The position numbers and the translations under genes were made by a program. Below, one piece after another: positions 42,365 to 53,238 of a stretch of DNA of 64,000 nt (positions within the stretch are counted from its first letter, which is position 1; the number at the start of each line of letters is the position of its first letter). Below the pieces are notes generated by a model that saw only the letters and a program-made list of their open reading frames with translations, had not been told where the DNA came from and did no database searches. This DNA is from an uncultured Bacilli bacterium (GTDB lineage Bacteria; Bacillota_I; Bacilli_A; RF39; UBA660): the NCBI GenBank assembly GCA_947629935.1, contig CANRFQ010000002.1:33638-97637 (forward strand), given 5' to 3'.

Positions 42365-43243
42365 TTAAAGTTTTTCGACTTTATCAAAATAATAATAATT
42401 GTTACTGTGTAATTTAAAAGTAAATTTAAAGCTATCTAATTTATTTAATATATTAGTAATTTCATAAGAATTATCAGTTAAAATATTATGTTTTTCTAAA
42501 TAACTTTCAGAACTACTACTTTTATAAATATATTTAATAACATTATCAGCATCAATGACTTCATATTTTATATACGCTATTTTTAAAGTAAATTCTACTA
42601 CTTCTCCTTTTTTTTGCGCATTTATTACTTTAGTATCAATATAATCTTCCGGAAAATTTGCACAGCTAATTGGATCATTCATATAAACATTACGCGTTTC
42701 ATCAAATTTGAATCCCGAAAAACCACAATATGATTTATCAGCATCGATTAAATTAGTATCTTTATAAGTTGTATTTGGACCAAAAAAATCATTTATGCCC
42801 TCTTGAATTTCTTTTTTTGCTAAAATTATGACATTAAGTTTATTACCATCAGGAGCCTCGGCTTCATAAGTGGCATTGATAAAATCACTGTTAAAATTTT
42901 CATTTTGTGTAATACCAATAGCAATTTTTACATCATCAGAAATACTATTTAAATCTAAATAATCATTTTGATAAAAATAGCCATAATAACTGCCCGCTTT
43001 TATAGAATCAAAGCCAGATACTTTATTAGTTAATTCTTTAATTAAATCATCATTCACATCCAAATCTTCATAAGTTGCTTCTGGCTCTGGGACCGCTTCT
43101 TTTTTAGTTTCTTTTAATTTAACTTTGGTCACATTTTTTACTCGATAAACTTTTTTGGCATAAATTAGGGCAACAAAAAGAGAAAGCAATAACAATATTA
43201 ATATAACATAATATTTAATTGTCATTATTTTCTCTTTTTTCAT
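42365..43243 (-). CDS. Membrane-anchored extracytoplasmic hypothetical protein
   Basis: One N-terminal TM; ends FKFTFK...YYYFDKVEKL. Confidence 0.7.
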   Translation of the reverse strand: MKKEKIMTIKYYVILILLLLSLFVALIYAKKVYRVKNVTKVKLKETKKEAVPEPEATYEDLDVNDDLIKELTNKVSGFDSIKAGSYYGYFYQNDYLDLNSISDDVKIAIGITQNENFNSDFINATYEAEAPDGNKLNVIILAKKEIQEGINDFFGPNTTYKDTNLIDADKSYCGFSGFKFDETRNVYMNDPISCANFPEDYIDTKVINAQKKGEVVEFTLKIAYIKYEVIDADNVIKYIYKSSSSESYLEKHNILTDNSYEITNILNKLDSFKFTFKLHSNNYYYFDKVEKL

Positions 43244-43276
43244 TATATCCCCCACCTAACTTTTCTTCTTATTATA

Positions 43277-46219
43277 CTATAAGTTTTCTAATTTTACACT
43301 AACTAATTTACTAATACCACTCTCTTGCATTGTAATTCCATATAAGACATCAGCAAATTCCATAGTTTTTTTCTTATGCGTAATAATAATAAATTGACTT
43401 TTATCTTTTTTCTCAGCTAAATAATTACCAAACATATCCACATTAGCTTCATCTAAAGCTGCCTCTACTTCATCTAGAATAACAAAAGGAACAGGGTTAA
43501 CATTTAATATTGCAAATAACAAGGAAATTGCAGTTAAAGTTTTTTCACCACCTGACAAAAGGCCAATAGAATTTAATTTCTTTCCAGGAGGTTCGGCAAT
43601 AATTTCAATGCCTGTTTCCAACATATTATCAGGATCAGTTAACTTTAAAGTACCTATGCCTCCTTTGAATAACTTTTGAAAAACTTTTTGAAATTCAATT
43701 TCAATTTTAGCAAACGTCTTACTAAAACGTTCTACCATTATATTATCCATCTCCGCAATAATGTTTTCTAAATTAACGATGGAAGTCTCCAAATCATTTT
43801 TTTGATTAGTTAGGAAAGAATATCTTTCATGAACTCGTTTAAATTCTTCAATTGCTCCGGTATTAACATCTTTGTAATTTAAAATAGTTTTTTTGAGCTT
43901 AGTAACCATTTGCGCTGCTAAATTTTGTTCTACATCTAAGGAATAACTAGCAACTGCTTTCTCATATGTCATATTATATGTTTCATTTAAAATATTTAGA
44001 AGATTATCTAAATGAACATCCATTTTTCCTATTTCGATTTCTTTAGTTTTTAACTCTTGGATCTTCGTATTATAATTACTATTTTTTTCGCGATTAGCTT
44101 TTTCTAAATCATTTAATTCTAAAAATATAGTATTTTTTTGAGCTTTTAAATTATTTAATTCTTTTTCTAATAAATCCTTATTACTCGTTTTTTGATAATA
44201 TTCTTCCAATAATTTATTTAAATTTTCGTCTAGTTTATTATCTTTAATATTTTGAGCGCCTAAAAATTCGTTATGTTTAGATTTATATTTTTCTTCGAAG
44301 TCATTTAAAGAAATCTTTTTGCGATTAACATTTTCTTGAACTACCATAACCTCGCTATTTAATTTAGTGACTTCCTCATGCCATTTTTTGACTTCTTCTG
44401 TATTTTTAGCAGTTACTTCATTAATGTTATTTATTTCTATCGTTATATTAGCCATAGTACTTTTTAATTTATTAAGTTTTTCTTTTTGCATAATTGTACT
44501 ATTACTATTTTTAAAAGTTCCCCCAGAAATAGCACCACCTGTATGTAAGATCTCCCCATCTAATGAGACAATACGATAGCGATAATTGATGAGTTTGCCT
44601 ATTTTATTTAAAGAGTCAATATTATCGACAATAATAACATTACCTAATTGATTTTCGACTATTTCATCATATATTGGGTCATTTTTAACAAGATTATGAG
44701 CAACATTAATAAAACCTGGTGTACTTTTTAAAATATTCATTGTGGTATTATCAATAAATTTTCGTTTAATAATATTTAAAGGAAAAAAAGTCGCCCTTCC
44801 TAATTTGTTATCTTTTAAGTAATTAATTGCTGTTTTTGCACTACTTTCATTATCAACGACTATAATATTTGCTGAATATCCTAAAGCTATATCAATTGCT
44901 GTGGCATATTTATCATCCACTTCAATTATTTTTCCGATTGTATTATGGATGCCAGTAAGCCGAGGATTACTTAAAACTCCTCTAACTGCTAATGGTAATT
45001 TTTCGCTATTTTCAATATTACTTTCTAATATTTCTATTTGATTGGCCAAATTTAATTGCTCTTTATTTTTATTTAGAAGCTTCGTATTGTATTCTTCACT
45101 TTTCATGACTTTTGTTTGATATTCTTTTAAAATAGTTTGATATTTACTATCTTTTTCCTTTAGCTCTTTTTGAAGAATTTCTAACTCTTTTTTCAAATTT
45201 TCGATATTTTTTTGAATCGTTAATTCATCTTCTTTTAAATTAATTAAATTGCTTTGCAAAAAGGATGAATTAGTTTCATATTTTTGTCTTTCGATTGTTA
45301 GTTGCTTTTGACTATTTAAATCAGCTATCTCTTTAGATAAAGTAATAATTTCTTCATTAACAGAGGCAATTTTTTCCTCGATTTTCACATTTTCTAATTT
45401 TAAGCTTTCAATCTTAACACTTTCTTCATTATTAGCTAAATTAACATTTTCCAGCTCTTTATTTAATTTTTCCACTTCATTTTTTAAAGTTTTATAATTG
45501 CTATTAATATCGGTAATTTCTTGAGCAATTAAAGCAACTTCGAGATTTTTTAATTCTTCTTTTTTAGTCAAATACTCTTGGGCAATTGTCGCTTGATGTT
45601 CTAGATGTTGATGATTATCTTCGAGTTCGGCAATAATTAAATCAATTTTTTCTAAATTGTCCTTTACTTTTAAAAGCTTGCGATTTGTTTCCTCTTTACG
45701 TTTTTTATATTTTAAAACGCCCGCCGCACTTTCAAAAATCACTCTTCTTTCTTCGGGTTTACTATTAATTACATCAGCCACTGAACCTTGGGAAATTATA
45801 TTAAATGATTCTTTTCCCGCTCCACTATCGATAAATAAATCAGTTATATCCTTAAGGCGCACTTTAGCATTATTAATAAAATATTCGTTTTCGCCGGTTT
45901 TATATAAAACGCGCTTTACTTCTACTGTTGTAAATTCCGTATGTAAATATTTATCGCTATTATCAAAAGTTAGAGCCACATAAGCTCTATTCATAGCTTT
46001 TCGTGATTTACTTCCGGCAAAAATAACATCACTCATGGAATTAGTTGCTCTTAAAGCCTTAATTGATTGCTCACCTAAAACCCATTTAACTGCATCAACT
46101 ACATTACTTTTACCACTACCATTAGGACCAACAATGCCTGTTATTCCTTCTTTTAAATCTATTTCAGTAATATCAGCAAACGACTTAAATCCGTGCGATT
46201 TAATACTTTTAAGATACAT
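43277..46219 (-). CDS. smc: Chromosome segregation protein SMC
   Basis: GFKSF, GPNGSGKSN, hinge GRATFFPL, LSGGEK, ILDEVEAALD. Confidence 0.97.
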   Translation of the reverse strand: MYLKSIKSHGFKSFADITEIDLKEGITGIVGPNGSGKSNVVDAVKWVLGEQSIKALRATNSMSDVIFAGSKSRKAMNRAYVALTFDNSDKYLHTEFTTVEVKRVLYKTGENEYFINNAKVRLKDITDLFIDSGAGKESFNIISQGSVADVINSKPEERRVIFESAAGVLKYKKRKEETNRKLLKVKDNLEKIDLIIAELEDNHQHLEHQATIAQEYLTKKEELKNLEVALIAQEITDINSNYKTLKNEVEKLNKELENVNLANNEESVKIESLKLENVKIEEKIASVNEEIITLSKEIADLNSQKQLTIERQKYETNSSFLQSNLINLKEDELTIQKNIENLKKELEILQKELKEKDSKYQTILKEYQTKVMKSEEYNTKLLNKNKEQLNLANQIEILESNIENSEKLPLAVRGVLSNPRLTGIHNTIGKIIEVDDKYATAIDIALGYSANIIVVDNESSAKTAINYLKDNKLGRATFFPLNIIKRKFIDNTTMNILKSTPGFINVAHNLVKNDPIYDEIVENQLGNVIIVDNIDSLNKIGKLINYRYRIVSLDGEILHTGGAISGGTFKNSNSTIMQKEKLNKLKSTMANITIEINNINEVTAKNTEEVKKWHEEVTKLNSEVMVVQENVNRKKISLNDFEEKYKSKHNEFLGAQNIKDNKLDENLNKLLEEYYQKTSNKDLLEKELNNLKAQKNTIFLELNDLEKANREKNSNYNTKIQELKTKEIEIGKMDVHLDNLLNILNETYNMTYEKAVASYSLDVEQNLAAQMVTKLKKTILNYKDVNTGAIEEFKRVHERYSFLTNQKNDLETSIVNLENIIAEMDNIMVERFSKTFAKIEIEFQKVFQKLFKGGIGTLKLTDPDNMLETGIEIIAEPPGKKLNSIGLLSGGEKTLTAISLLFAILNVNPVPFVILDEVEAALDEANVDMFGNYLAEKKDKSQFIIITHKKKTMEFADVLYGITMQESGISKLVSVKLENL

Positions 46220-46231
46220 CTAAATCACTTC

Positions 46232-46879
46232 CTATTTAGCAATTTTTAAATAAGCATCATAAGCTGCATTTTGTTCAGCTTCTTTTTTACTTTTTCCTAC
46301 ACCCTTGCCATATATTATATCGTCAATTTTCACAATGACTTCAAAACGCTTATTATGAGAAGGACCAGTTTCCTTGATTAAAACATACTCTAAAGAATTA
46401 CGAGTTGTTTGCGTATACTCCTGAAGTAAAGATTTATAATCACCTAAGAAAATATGATTATCTTTAACATAAGGAATAGCAATATCATCGACAATTTCTT
46501 TGGCTTTTTCTAAACCAAATTCTAAATAAACTGCTCCTAAAACACTTTCAAAAATATCAGCAATAATATTATCAGAAATATTTTTTTCTTCCCCATGACC
46601 TACTTTAATAAAAGAAATTAATCCTAAATCTTCTGAATAAACTCTTAAAGCCTGTTCACAAACAAAACTAGCACGAACTTTACTCATTTTACCTTCTGGA
46701 TAGGATGTATTTTTAAATAAATATTCACTCATAATAATTTGTAAAACGGCATCCCCTAAAAACTCTAGGCGTTCGTAGTTTTCCCCACCATGTTCATTAC
46801 TGTAAGAACTATGCGTTAAGGCAGTATTTATTAAAGTTTCATTTTTAAATTTAATTCCGTATTTAGCTAAAAATTGCAT
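46232..46879 (-). CDS. rnc: Ribonuclease III
   Basis: ALTHSSY, ERLEFLGDAVL, dsRBD YKSLLQE...GKSKKEAEQNAA. Confidence 0.97.
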   Translation of the reverse strand: MQFLAKYGIKFKNETLINTALTHSSYSNEHGGENYERLEFLGDAVLQIIMSEYLFKNTSYPEGKMSKVRASFVCEQALRVYSEDLGLISFIKVGHGEEKNISDNIIADIFESVLGAVYLEFGLEKAKEIVDDIAIPYVKDNHIFLGDYKSLLQEYTQTTRNSLEYVLIKETGPSHNKRFEVIVKIDDIIYGKGVGKSKKEAEQNAAYDAYLKIAK

Positions 46880-46924
46880 TTAATCTTCACCTTTAAACAT
46901 TATAACAAAAAAGACCTTTAAGGT

Positions 46925-48631
46925 CTATTTTAATTTTAAATTTCTAATTGGTCCCTCTTCTAAAAGAGCTGCTTCCTCACCATTTACCACAAATATAGGT
47001 CTATTATCCTTATTTTCAAAGTCTACTTTACCATTTATTAAAGGAGCATTAACTCCTAGATTTTCAAATTGGCTAGTTAACGTATTTAAAAATCTTGTAC
47101 GGTCATATCTATCCGTAATAACGATATAATTTAAAACTAGTTTAATATAATCATAAGTATCTAATACTACTTCTTTTTGCGGATTAATAACTATTTTGCG
47201 ATAGTAAGACTTCGCCATTTGTGGAATATGTTTTGTAATAATTACATATCCATTTAAAGCTGCAATATTAAATGAAGTCTGGTCTTTTAAATTTAAATCA
47301 TACTTTCGGTAAGGAAAATCTTCCATAACTACTCTAAATTGTTTGTCAAAAACCGTAACTGTATCATTTTCAAAATTTAAACCATAACCATAATCCGAAT
47401 CAACATTAAAATTATGTTTTTGGCAAGGACTATCAATTAAAGTATTAGTCATTGCATTATATAATTTAACTTTTCTATAAAGCCAAGTTCTATCATAGTC
47501 TTTATCTTTAATAGTAACACATTCTTCTTGCGGAATTTCAAATAAAAGCTCATCTCCATAAGTTAAAGAATTTACATATACACCAGGTATTTTGCTAATT
47601 AAGTTAAAATCTTTATCATAAAAACTAAATATCTGTTCTTTGACATTAACATCCGCAATTAACTCATCTTGCCCGACAAAAATGGTTGGGTTCCAATATT
47701 CATATTGTTCAATTCGTAAATGAGAAAGAGTTTTTTCGGTATCTAAATTAATAAAGAAATGACGATTTATTTGCTTTTCATTTTGCTTATAAGGTAGTAA
47801 AAGTTTAAACACATTACCTATAACATCCGTATCTAAAATTTCATTATACTTTTCTAATTCCGGAAGATTAATAGTTTTAATTAAATTTAAATTAATATCA
47901 TATTTTTCTATAGAGTTTTTTAAAACTAAAACTATTTCCCCTGTTTTTTCTAAATACTGAGGCATCCCAATAACATTTTCATTAATCGTTAAAGTATTTA
48001 CTTTTAGCTTAGAATTATCATGTAAAGACATAATAGATATTGCTTCTTTTTGAATAACTACCAAATTATCTTGATAAAGATATACCCACCCTCTAATATT
48101 ATCCATAACTACTTGATTATCTAAATTTTTAATTACACGATTACGGTCGTGAAAATTAACTTCTTTATCAAAATCAACCTTTTCGGCAAAGATATACAAA
48201 CCATTACCATAGGCTACTTCATAGGTATAGCCAGGCGGCGGAATTATCGATTTTTTCTTTTGAATATCAAATAATTCCTCTTCATCTTTAAAAGTTTCTC
48301 TATTATGATAATTAGCTATAATTACCCTTTCATCAACTTTATAAATAAACTGACAATCATCTTTTTCATAAATAACTTTCTTAGTTTCTAAATCAACTAA
48401 AAAAGCGCGATAATGTTTTCTTAATACTCCATATTTACGATTATTTAATTCAATTATACGATTACAAACATTATAGCCCGAAATATCATAAATTTCCTTA
48501 TCTTTCATTAATATTTTTTGACCATTATCAAAAGCAAGCAAATAATAGCCTTCAATTTCACTTATATCTTTAATTTTTAAAGATTTATAATTATCTAAAG
48601 AATTATTATTGCTTGTTAAATCATTTGCCAT
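46925..48631 (-). CDS. Hypothetical beta-rich (propeller/WG-repeat-like) protein
   Basis: GGGAGG RBS; repeated short beta-strand motifs (FLVDLETKK, FFINLDTEK, FYDKDFN, VFDKQFR). Confidence 0.6.
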   Translation of the reverse strand: MANDLTSNNNSLDNYKSLKIKDISEIEGYYLLAFDNGQKILMKDKEIYDISGYNVCNRIIELNNRKYGVLRKHYRAFLVDLETKKVIYEKDDCQFIYKVDERVIIANYHNRETFKDEEELFDIQKKKSIIPPPGYTYEVAYGNGLYIFAEKVDFDKEVNFHDRNRVIKNLDNQVVMDNIRGWVYLYQDNLVVIQKEAISIMSLHDNSKLKVNTLTINENVIGMPQYLEKTGEIVLVLKNSIEKYDINLNLIKTINLPELEKYNEILDTDVIGNVFKLLLPYKQNEKQINRHFFINLDTEKTLSHLRIEQYEYWNPTIFVGQDELIADVNVKEQIFSFYDKDFNLISKIPGVYVNSLTYGDELLFEIPQEECVTIKDKDYDRTWLYRKVKLYNAMTNTLIDSPCQKHNFNVDSDYGYGLNFENDTVTVFDKQFRVVMEDFPYRKYDLNLKDQTSFNIAALNGYVIITKHIPQMAKSYYRKIVINPQKEVVLDTYDYIKLVLNYIVITDRYDRTRFLNTLTSQFENLGVNAPLINGKVDFENKDNRPIFVVNGEEAALLEEGPIRNLKLK

Positions 48632-48720
48632 ATAAACCTCCCACTAAAATTAGTATAACATAAAAAGATATCTATTTTACAAAAATGACTATTTATAGTA
48701 AACTATAAGAGGTGAAGCTA

Positions 48721-48945
48721 ATGAAACATCTTTTAATTAGAATCATTAAATTATATCAAATTACTCCCGTAAGTTCTCATCAAAGTTGTCGTTTTACTCC
48801 TACTTGTTCTAATTATGCTATTGAAGCAATCGAAACTTACGGAGCATTTAAAGGAAGTATCTTAGCTATCAAAAGAATATTGAGGTGTAGACCTCTAGGT
48901 ACTTTTGGTTATGATCCAGTACCTAAAAAGGAGGAAAAAATGTGA
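48721..48945 (+). CDS. yidD: Membrane protein insertion efficiency factor
   Basis: [33 protein letters not shown]. Confidence 0.95.
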   Translation: MKHLLIRIIKLYQITPVSSHQSCRFTPTCSNYAIEAIETYGAFKGSILAIKRILRCRPLGTFGYDPVPKKEEKM

Positions 48946-49814
48946 AAAAGTTTTTAAGATTATTAGTTATTATTGGCGTTTTATTTTTAGGAGCAAGTTG
49001 TGACAATAAAATTTTAGTGGAAAAGCAAGAACAAATCTATACTACTGTTTATCCCATAGAATTTCTAGCCGATACTTTATATGGAGAAAATGTGGAAATA
49101 AGTTCAATATTCCCCGATGGTAGCAATCCAACTGATTATAAATTAACTAATAAACAATTAAACGATTATAGTCTAGGAAGTATATTTATCTATAATGGAT
49201 TAACTGATGAAAAAGATATTGCTCAAAAATTAATCAATAAAAATAATAGATTAAAAATAATTGATGTTTCATATGGTTTAACTTTAGAAAATGGAGCCGA
49301 AGAATTATGGTTAAGTCCAAGTAACTTCTTGATGTTATCTGCTACCGTCAAAGATAATTTAATGGAAATATTAAATAGCAAATATGCAACGGAAACAATT
49401 GAAGAAAATTACAAAGAATTAAAAACAGAAGTATCGCAAATGGATGCTGAATTACGAATTATTGCTGCTAATGTGGATAATCCGACTCTCGTAGTTGATT
49501 CTAATATTTTTAATTTTTATAAAAAATATGGTTATCAAGTAATTTCTCTAGAAGATGAAGAAAATATTACTCCTAACTCTTTAGCAACTATTCAAAAAAA
49601 TTTCCAAAATGGCACATACAAATATATACTAACTAGAGATGATAAAGAACAAAGTGAAATAGCAACAAACTTAATCAATAATTATAAAGCCCAAGCTGTA
49701 CCAATGAAAGTTATGGCCACAATAAAAGAAGACGATCGAAAAAACAAAGAGAACTATTATACTTTAATGCAAACAAATATTGAAAATATTCGTAATGTTA
49801 TTATTGGTAATTAA
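48942..49814 (+). CDS. ZnuA/AdcA-like metal-binding-fold lipoprotein lacking His ligands
   Basis: Lipobox LGASC; [19 protein letters not shown] motifs. Confidence 0.8.
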   Translation: MKKFLRLLVIIGVLFLGASCDNKILVEKQEQIYTTVYPIEFLADTLYGENVEISSIFPDGSNPTDYKLTNKQLNDYSLGSIFIYNGLTDEKDIAQKLINKNNRLKIIDVSYGLTLENGAEELWLSPSNFLMLSATVKDNLMEILNSKYATETIEENYKELKTEVSQMDAELRIIAANVDNPTLVVDSNIFNFYKKYGYQVISLEDEENITPNSLATIQKNFQNGTYKYILTRDDKEQSEIATNLINNYKAQAVPMKVMATIKEDDRKNKENYYTLMQTNIENIRNVIIGN

Positions 49815-49846
49815 GCATAATCTTGTAAAAATTATTAATACTAATA

Positions 49847-49875
49847 TTGACATGGTGCGCTAAGTATTGTAAAAT
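49847..49875 (+). promoter_or_regulatory. SigA promoter of tRNA-Ser
   Basis: TTGACA-17 nt-TAAAAT. Confidence 0.7.
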
Positions 49876-49896
49876 TTATTTATCGCACTTGGATAT

Positions 49897-49987
49897 GGAG
49901 CAGTACTCAAGAGGCTGAAGAGGCGCCCCTGCTAAGGGTGTAGGTCGGGCAACTGGCGCGAGAGTTCAAATCTCTCCTGCTCCGCCA
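49897..49987 (+). tRNA. tRNA-Ser(GCT)
   Basis: Cloverleaf with long variable arm, anticodon loop CT-GCT-AA, GTTCAAATC, encoded CCA. Confidence 0.95.
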
Positions 49988-49998
49988 TTTTAAAAAGT

Positions 49999-50023
49999 AA
50001 AGTTCTGGTTTCCAGAATTTTTT
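49999..50023 (+). terminator. Rho-independent terminator after tRNA-Ser
   Basis: AAAGTTCTGG-TTT-CCAGAATTTTTT. Confidence 0.7.
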
Positions 50024-50073
50024 AATTGTATTATTATTAAAAACATGCTATAATCTTCAATGTGATATTTTGT

Positions 50074-50149
50074 GTCTCCTTAGCTCAGTTGGTAGAGCAA
50101 CTGACTCTTAATCAGTGGGTCTAGGGTTCGAATCCCTAAGGGGACACCA
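50074..50149 (+). tRNA. tRNA-Lys(CTT)
   Basis: 76 nt, CTGA-CT-CTT-AA-TCAG anticodon arm, GTTCGAATC, CCA. Confidence 0.95.
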
Positions 50150-50225
50150 TTTTATTTGTTAAAAATAAGAAAAAAGTATTGCATTAAATATAAATTTATT
50201 ATAAAATTAAAAAGTCGAACGAAAT

Positions 50226-50302
<77 letters not shown>

Positions 50303-50311
50303 TTTTGTTTT

Positions 50312-50387
50312 GGCCAGTTGGTGAAGCGGTTAACACACATGCCTTTCACGCATGCATTCACGGGTTCAAATCCCGTACTGGTCACCA
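50312..50387 (+). tRNA. tRNA-Glu(TTC)
   Basis: 76 nt, CT-TTC-AC loop, GTTCAAATC, CCA. Confidence 0.95.
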
Positions 50388-50474
50388 GGTATTGCTATTT
50401 AAGTCTTATATTCATATAAGGCTTTTATTTTTTAGCAAAAATATGTTAAAATATACGGCAAGGAGATTGAAAAA

Positions 50475-51689
50475 ATGGAAGAATTAGAAAATAAATATAT
50501 CGAATTATTATTAAAAAAGTGTCTTAATTTCAAAAAGAGCAAATCTTTATTTATTGAATATAATAAAATCAATCAAAGATTCGTAGATAAAGTGATTGCG
50601 GAAGCTCAAAAAATGGGAATAAATGATATTGCTATTGATTGTATTGATAATGATATTTTAAAAGAAAAATTATTAAATACTGCTACTGAAGATATGCAAA
50701 ATGATCCATTTTTTAATAAAAATTTATGGAATGATTATGCTCAAAAAGATGCGAGCTTTTTAATGTTAGAAACCTTAGTTCCTCACGCTTTTGATGGGGT
50801 ACCAGCAGAAAAAATTACAATGGCTAATAAAATAAACAGAAGTACAAGAGAAATATTTCGAGAAAAAGAAACCACCTATCAAATATCATGGTGTATTGCG
50901 GCCTTACCTAATGAAATATGGGCTTATGAATTATTTGGCAAACATGAAAAAGCTTATGAAAAATTATTTAATTTATTAATGCAAATATGTATGGTTGATA
51001 CTAAAAATCCAATTGAAAGTTGGAATAAATATTTAGAAAAAACTAAAGAGCTTACTACTAAACTTAATCAATTGCAAATAAAAAAAATGCACTATAAAAA
51101 TAAATTAGGAACTGATTTATATATAGAAATGCCTGATAAAGTCATTTGGACTAGTATTGCTGATATGGCAATACAATATGATATGATAGTAAATATGCCT
51201 AGTTATGAAATCTTTAGTTCTCCAAATTATCAAAAAACGAATGGAATTGTTTATAGTTCACGGCCATTAATCTTTGCCGGAGCCCTAATTGACCATTTTT
51301 ATCTACGTTTTGAAAATGGAAAAGTAGTAGATTACGATGCTCAAGTAGGTAAAGACATTTTAAAAGGAATTATCGAAAGTGACCCAAATACTTCTTTTTT
51401 AGGAGAGGTAGCATTAGTCAATTATAACTCCCCTGTTTCCAATACTGGATTAGTATTTAATAGTACTTTGATTGACGAAAATGCCTCTTGCCATTTAGCA
51501 TTAGGAGAAGGTTTTGGAGAATGTATAGAAAATGGTCTAAATATGAATAAAGACCAATTATTAGAAAAAGGTATCAATCAGTCCAAAAATCATGTTGATT
51601 TTATGATTGGTACAGATGATTTAGAAATCGAAGCTCAAACTAAAGAAGGAAAGAGCTTATTATTTAAAAAGGGTAATTTTAATATCTAA
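50475..51689 (+). CDS. M29-family aminopeptidase (AmpS/PepS-like)
   Basis: NMPSYEIFSSP, LGEVALV, DENASCHLALG, NQSKNHVDFMIG. Confidence 0.93.
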   Translation: MEELENKYIELLLKKCLNFKKSKSLFIEYNKINQRFVDKVIAEAQKMGINDIAIDCIDNDILKEKLLNTATEDMQNDPFFNKNLWNDYAQKDASFLMLETLVPHAFDGVPAEKITMANKINRSTREIFREKETTYQISWCIAALPNEIWAYELFGKHEKAYEKLFNLLMQICMVDTKNPIESWNKYLEKTKELTTKLNQLQIKKMHYKNKLGTDLYIEMPDKVIWTSIADMAIQYDMIVNMPSYEIFSSPNYQKTNGIVYSSRPLIFAGALIDHFYLRFENGKVVDYDAQVGKDILKGIIESDPNTSFLGEVALVNYNSPVSNTGLVFNSTLIDENASCHLALGEGFGECIENGLNMNKDQLLEKGINQSKNHVDFMIGTDDLEIEAQTKEGKSLLFKKGNFNI

Positions 51690-51725
51690 AAAATTTATAT
51701 AATATTTTTAGTGGAAGGAATAAAT

Positions 51726-52019
51726 ATGAAAAATAAGTATCAAAGAATGCCTAAAACAGAAAAAAAAGCTCTAGAGCAAAAATTCAAGAAAACAGAATAT
51801 GGTAAAAATTTATTGTATCGTTTAAATAGACTATTAATTATTGGCTTAATAGGAATTGGTTTTTCCATTTTGGAATTTATCGTCGCCATTTTTAATAAAA
51901 AAGATATATTTGATTTCATCGCTGCTACTCTCCTATTAATTATTTCTATTATCTTTATCACAAGTAGCATTAAAACTAAAAATAAACAGCTAAATAATTA
52001 TGCTTTAAAGCAAAAATAA
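51726..52019 (+). CDS. Small two-TM hypothetical protein
   Basis: GGAAGGA RBS; two hydrophobic helices. Confidence 0.7.
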   Translation: MKNKYQRMPKTEKKALEQKFKKTEYGKNLLYRLNRLLIIGLIGIGFSILEFIVAIFNKKDIFDFIAATLLLIISIIFITSSIKTKNKQLNNYALKQK

Positions 52020-52072
52020 AATCCTCCTAAGGATTTTTTAATTTATAAATTTATTTATTCATATATATTATT

Positions 52073-52450
52073 ATGAATAGAACTATCGCTGAAAAATTAA
52101 AAGAAACCGCCATCGAAGATATAATTTGGCTTGTATATCTTTTTATTATTGGTGCCAATTTATATTCGAACTATTTAGAAAGAGACTACATTAAAAATCA
52201 TAATCTCCGAAGTCGAGATTTATTTAGACAAATCAATAAATATGTTCTAATAATTGCTTTTTTCATATATCTATATTTTGTATATCAAAGTTATGGTTCG
52301 GTTCGTAATTTAAAAGCAAATGCCTCGGATAAAAAGGTTTTCTTAACTAATTTAACCTTAATAACGGCCGTCTTATTTTTAATAGCTGGCGGTATCAATA
52401 TTTTTATTCAAAATAATAGTGTTTTTGATGATGAAATAGGCTTAGTATAA
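52073..52450 (+). CDS. Three-TM hypothetical protein
   Basis: 125 aa; near-leaderless start after a CATA-type box. Confidence 0.7.
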   Translation: MNRTIAEKLKETAIEDIIWLVYLFIIGANLYSNYLERDYIKNHNLRSRDLFRQINKYVLIIAFFIYLYFVYQSYGSVRNLKANASDKKVFLTNLTLITAVLFLIAGGINIFIQNNSVFDDEIGLV

Positions 52451-52515
52451 TTTTTTTGCTATTAGAGAATATATGTGATATAATCAAAAAGTGTTACAGA
52501 ATAGAAGGTGCTTCT

Positions 52516-53238
52516 ATGATTAAATTCATAATTGTAGATGATAAAATCGAATTTCAAAATCAACTTAAAAAAATCATTAGAAAAACTATTTTTAATAACG
52601 ATAAAAAAATTGCCATTAATTGTTATGAAAAATACAGCGCTGATTTACAACAAGAAATCAATGATAAATCTCAAAGAAAAGTCTATTTACTCGATATTGA
52701 TTTAGAAACCGAAATATCGGGAATTAACATTGCTTTAAAAATTAGAGAAAAAGATTGGGATAGTGAAATCATTTTTTTAACCTCGCATAGTAATTTTTTT
52801 GAAAAAGTTTATCGAAGTATTTGCAAGGTTTTTGATTTTATTGAAAAATATGACAATATGGAAGAACGTCTTATTAAAGATATCAAAAAAATTATAAATC
52901 AAAAATATGATGTTAAGATGTTTAAATATCAAAATCGACAAATAGATTTACAAATATATTTAAAAGATATTTTATACATTTATCGTGATACGGTTGAACG
53001 AAAACTGGTAATAGTAACAACTAACAATCGTTTTATTATCAATAAAAATATTTCTGATATGTTAAAAGAATTGGATCATAGATTTATTCAAACTCACCGT
53101 TCCTGTATTGCTAACAAAGAGCATATCACATTATTTAAATGGAAAGATGGTTGCTTTACTTTAGATAATAAAAAAGATATTTTTTTACTTTCAAAAAAAT
53201 ATAAAGAACAAATTGAAAAAGAAGATATGATGATTTAA
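52516..53238 (+). CDS. LytTR-family response regulator (AgrA-like), no adjacent kinase
   Basis: IVDD, LLDID, SGI..A..IR, IIFLTSH, FIEK, FIQTHRSCIAN. Confidence 0.92.
   Translation: MIKFIIVDDKIEFQNQLKKIIRKTIFNNDKKIAINCYEKYSADLQQEINDKSQRKVYLLDIDLETEISGINIALKIREKDWDSEIIFLTSHSNFFEKVYRSICKVFDFIEKYDNMEERLIKDIKKIINQKYDVKMFKYQNRQIDLQIYLKDILYIYRDTVERKLVIVTTNNRFIINKNISDMLKELDHRFIQTHRSCIANKEHITLFKWKDGCFTLDNKKDIFLLSKKYKEQIEKEDMMI

Noticed and set aside
50305-50487. 60-aa ORF in the track
   Set aside because: Overlaps tRNA-Glu; spurious.
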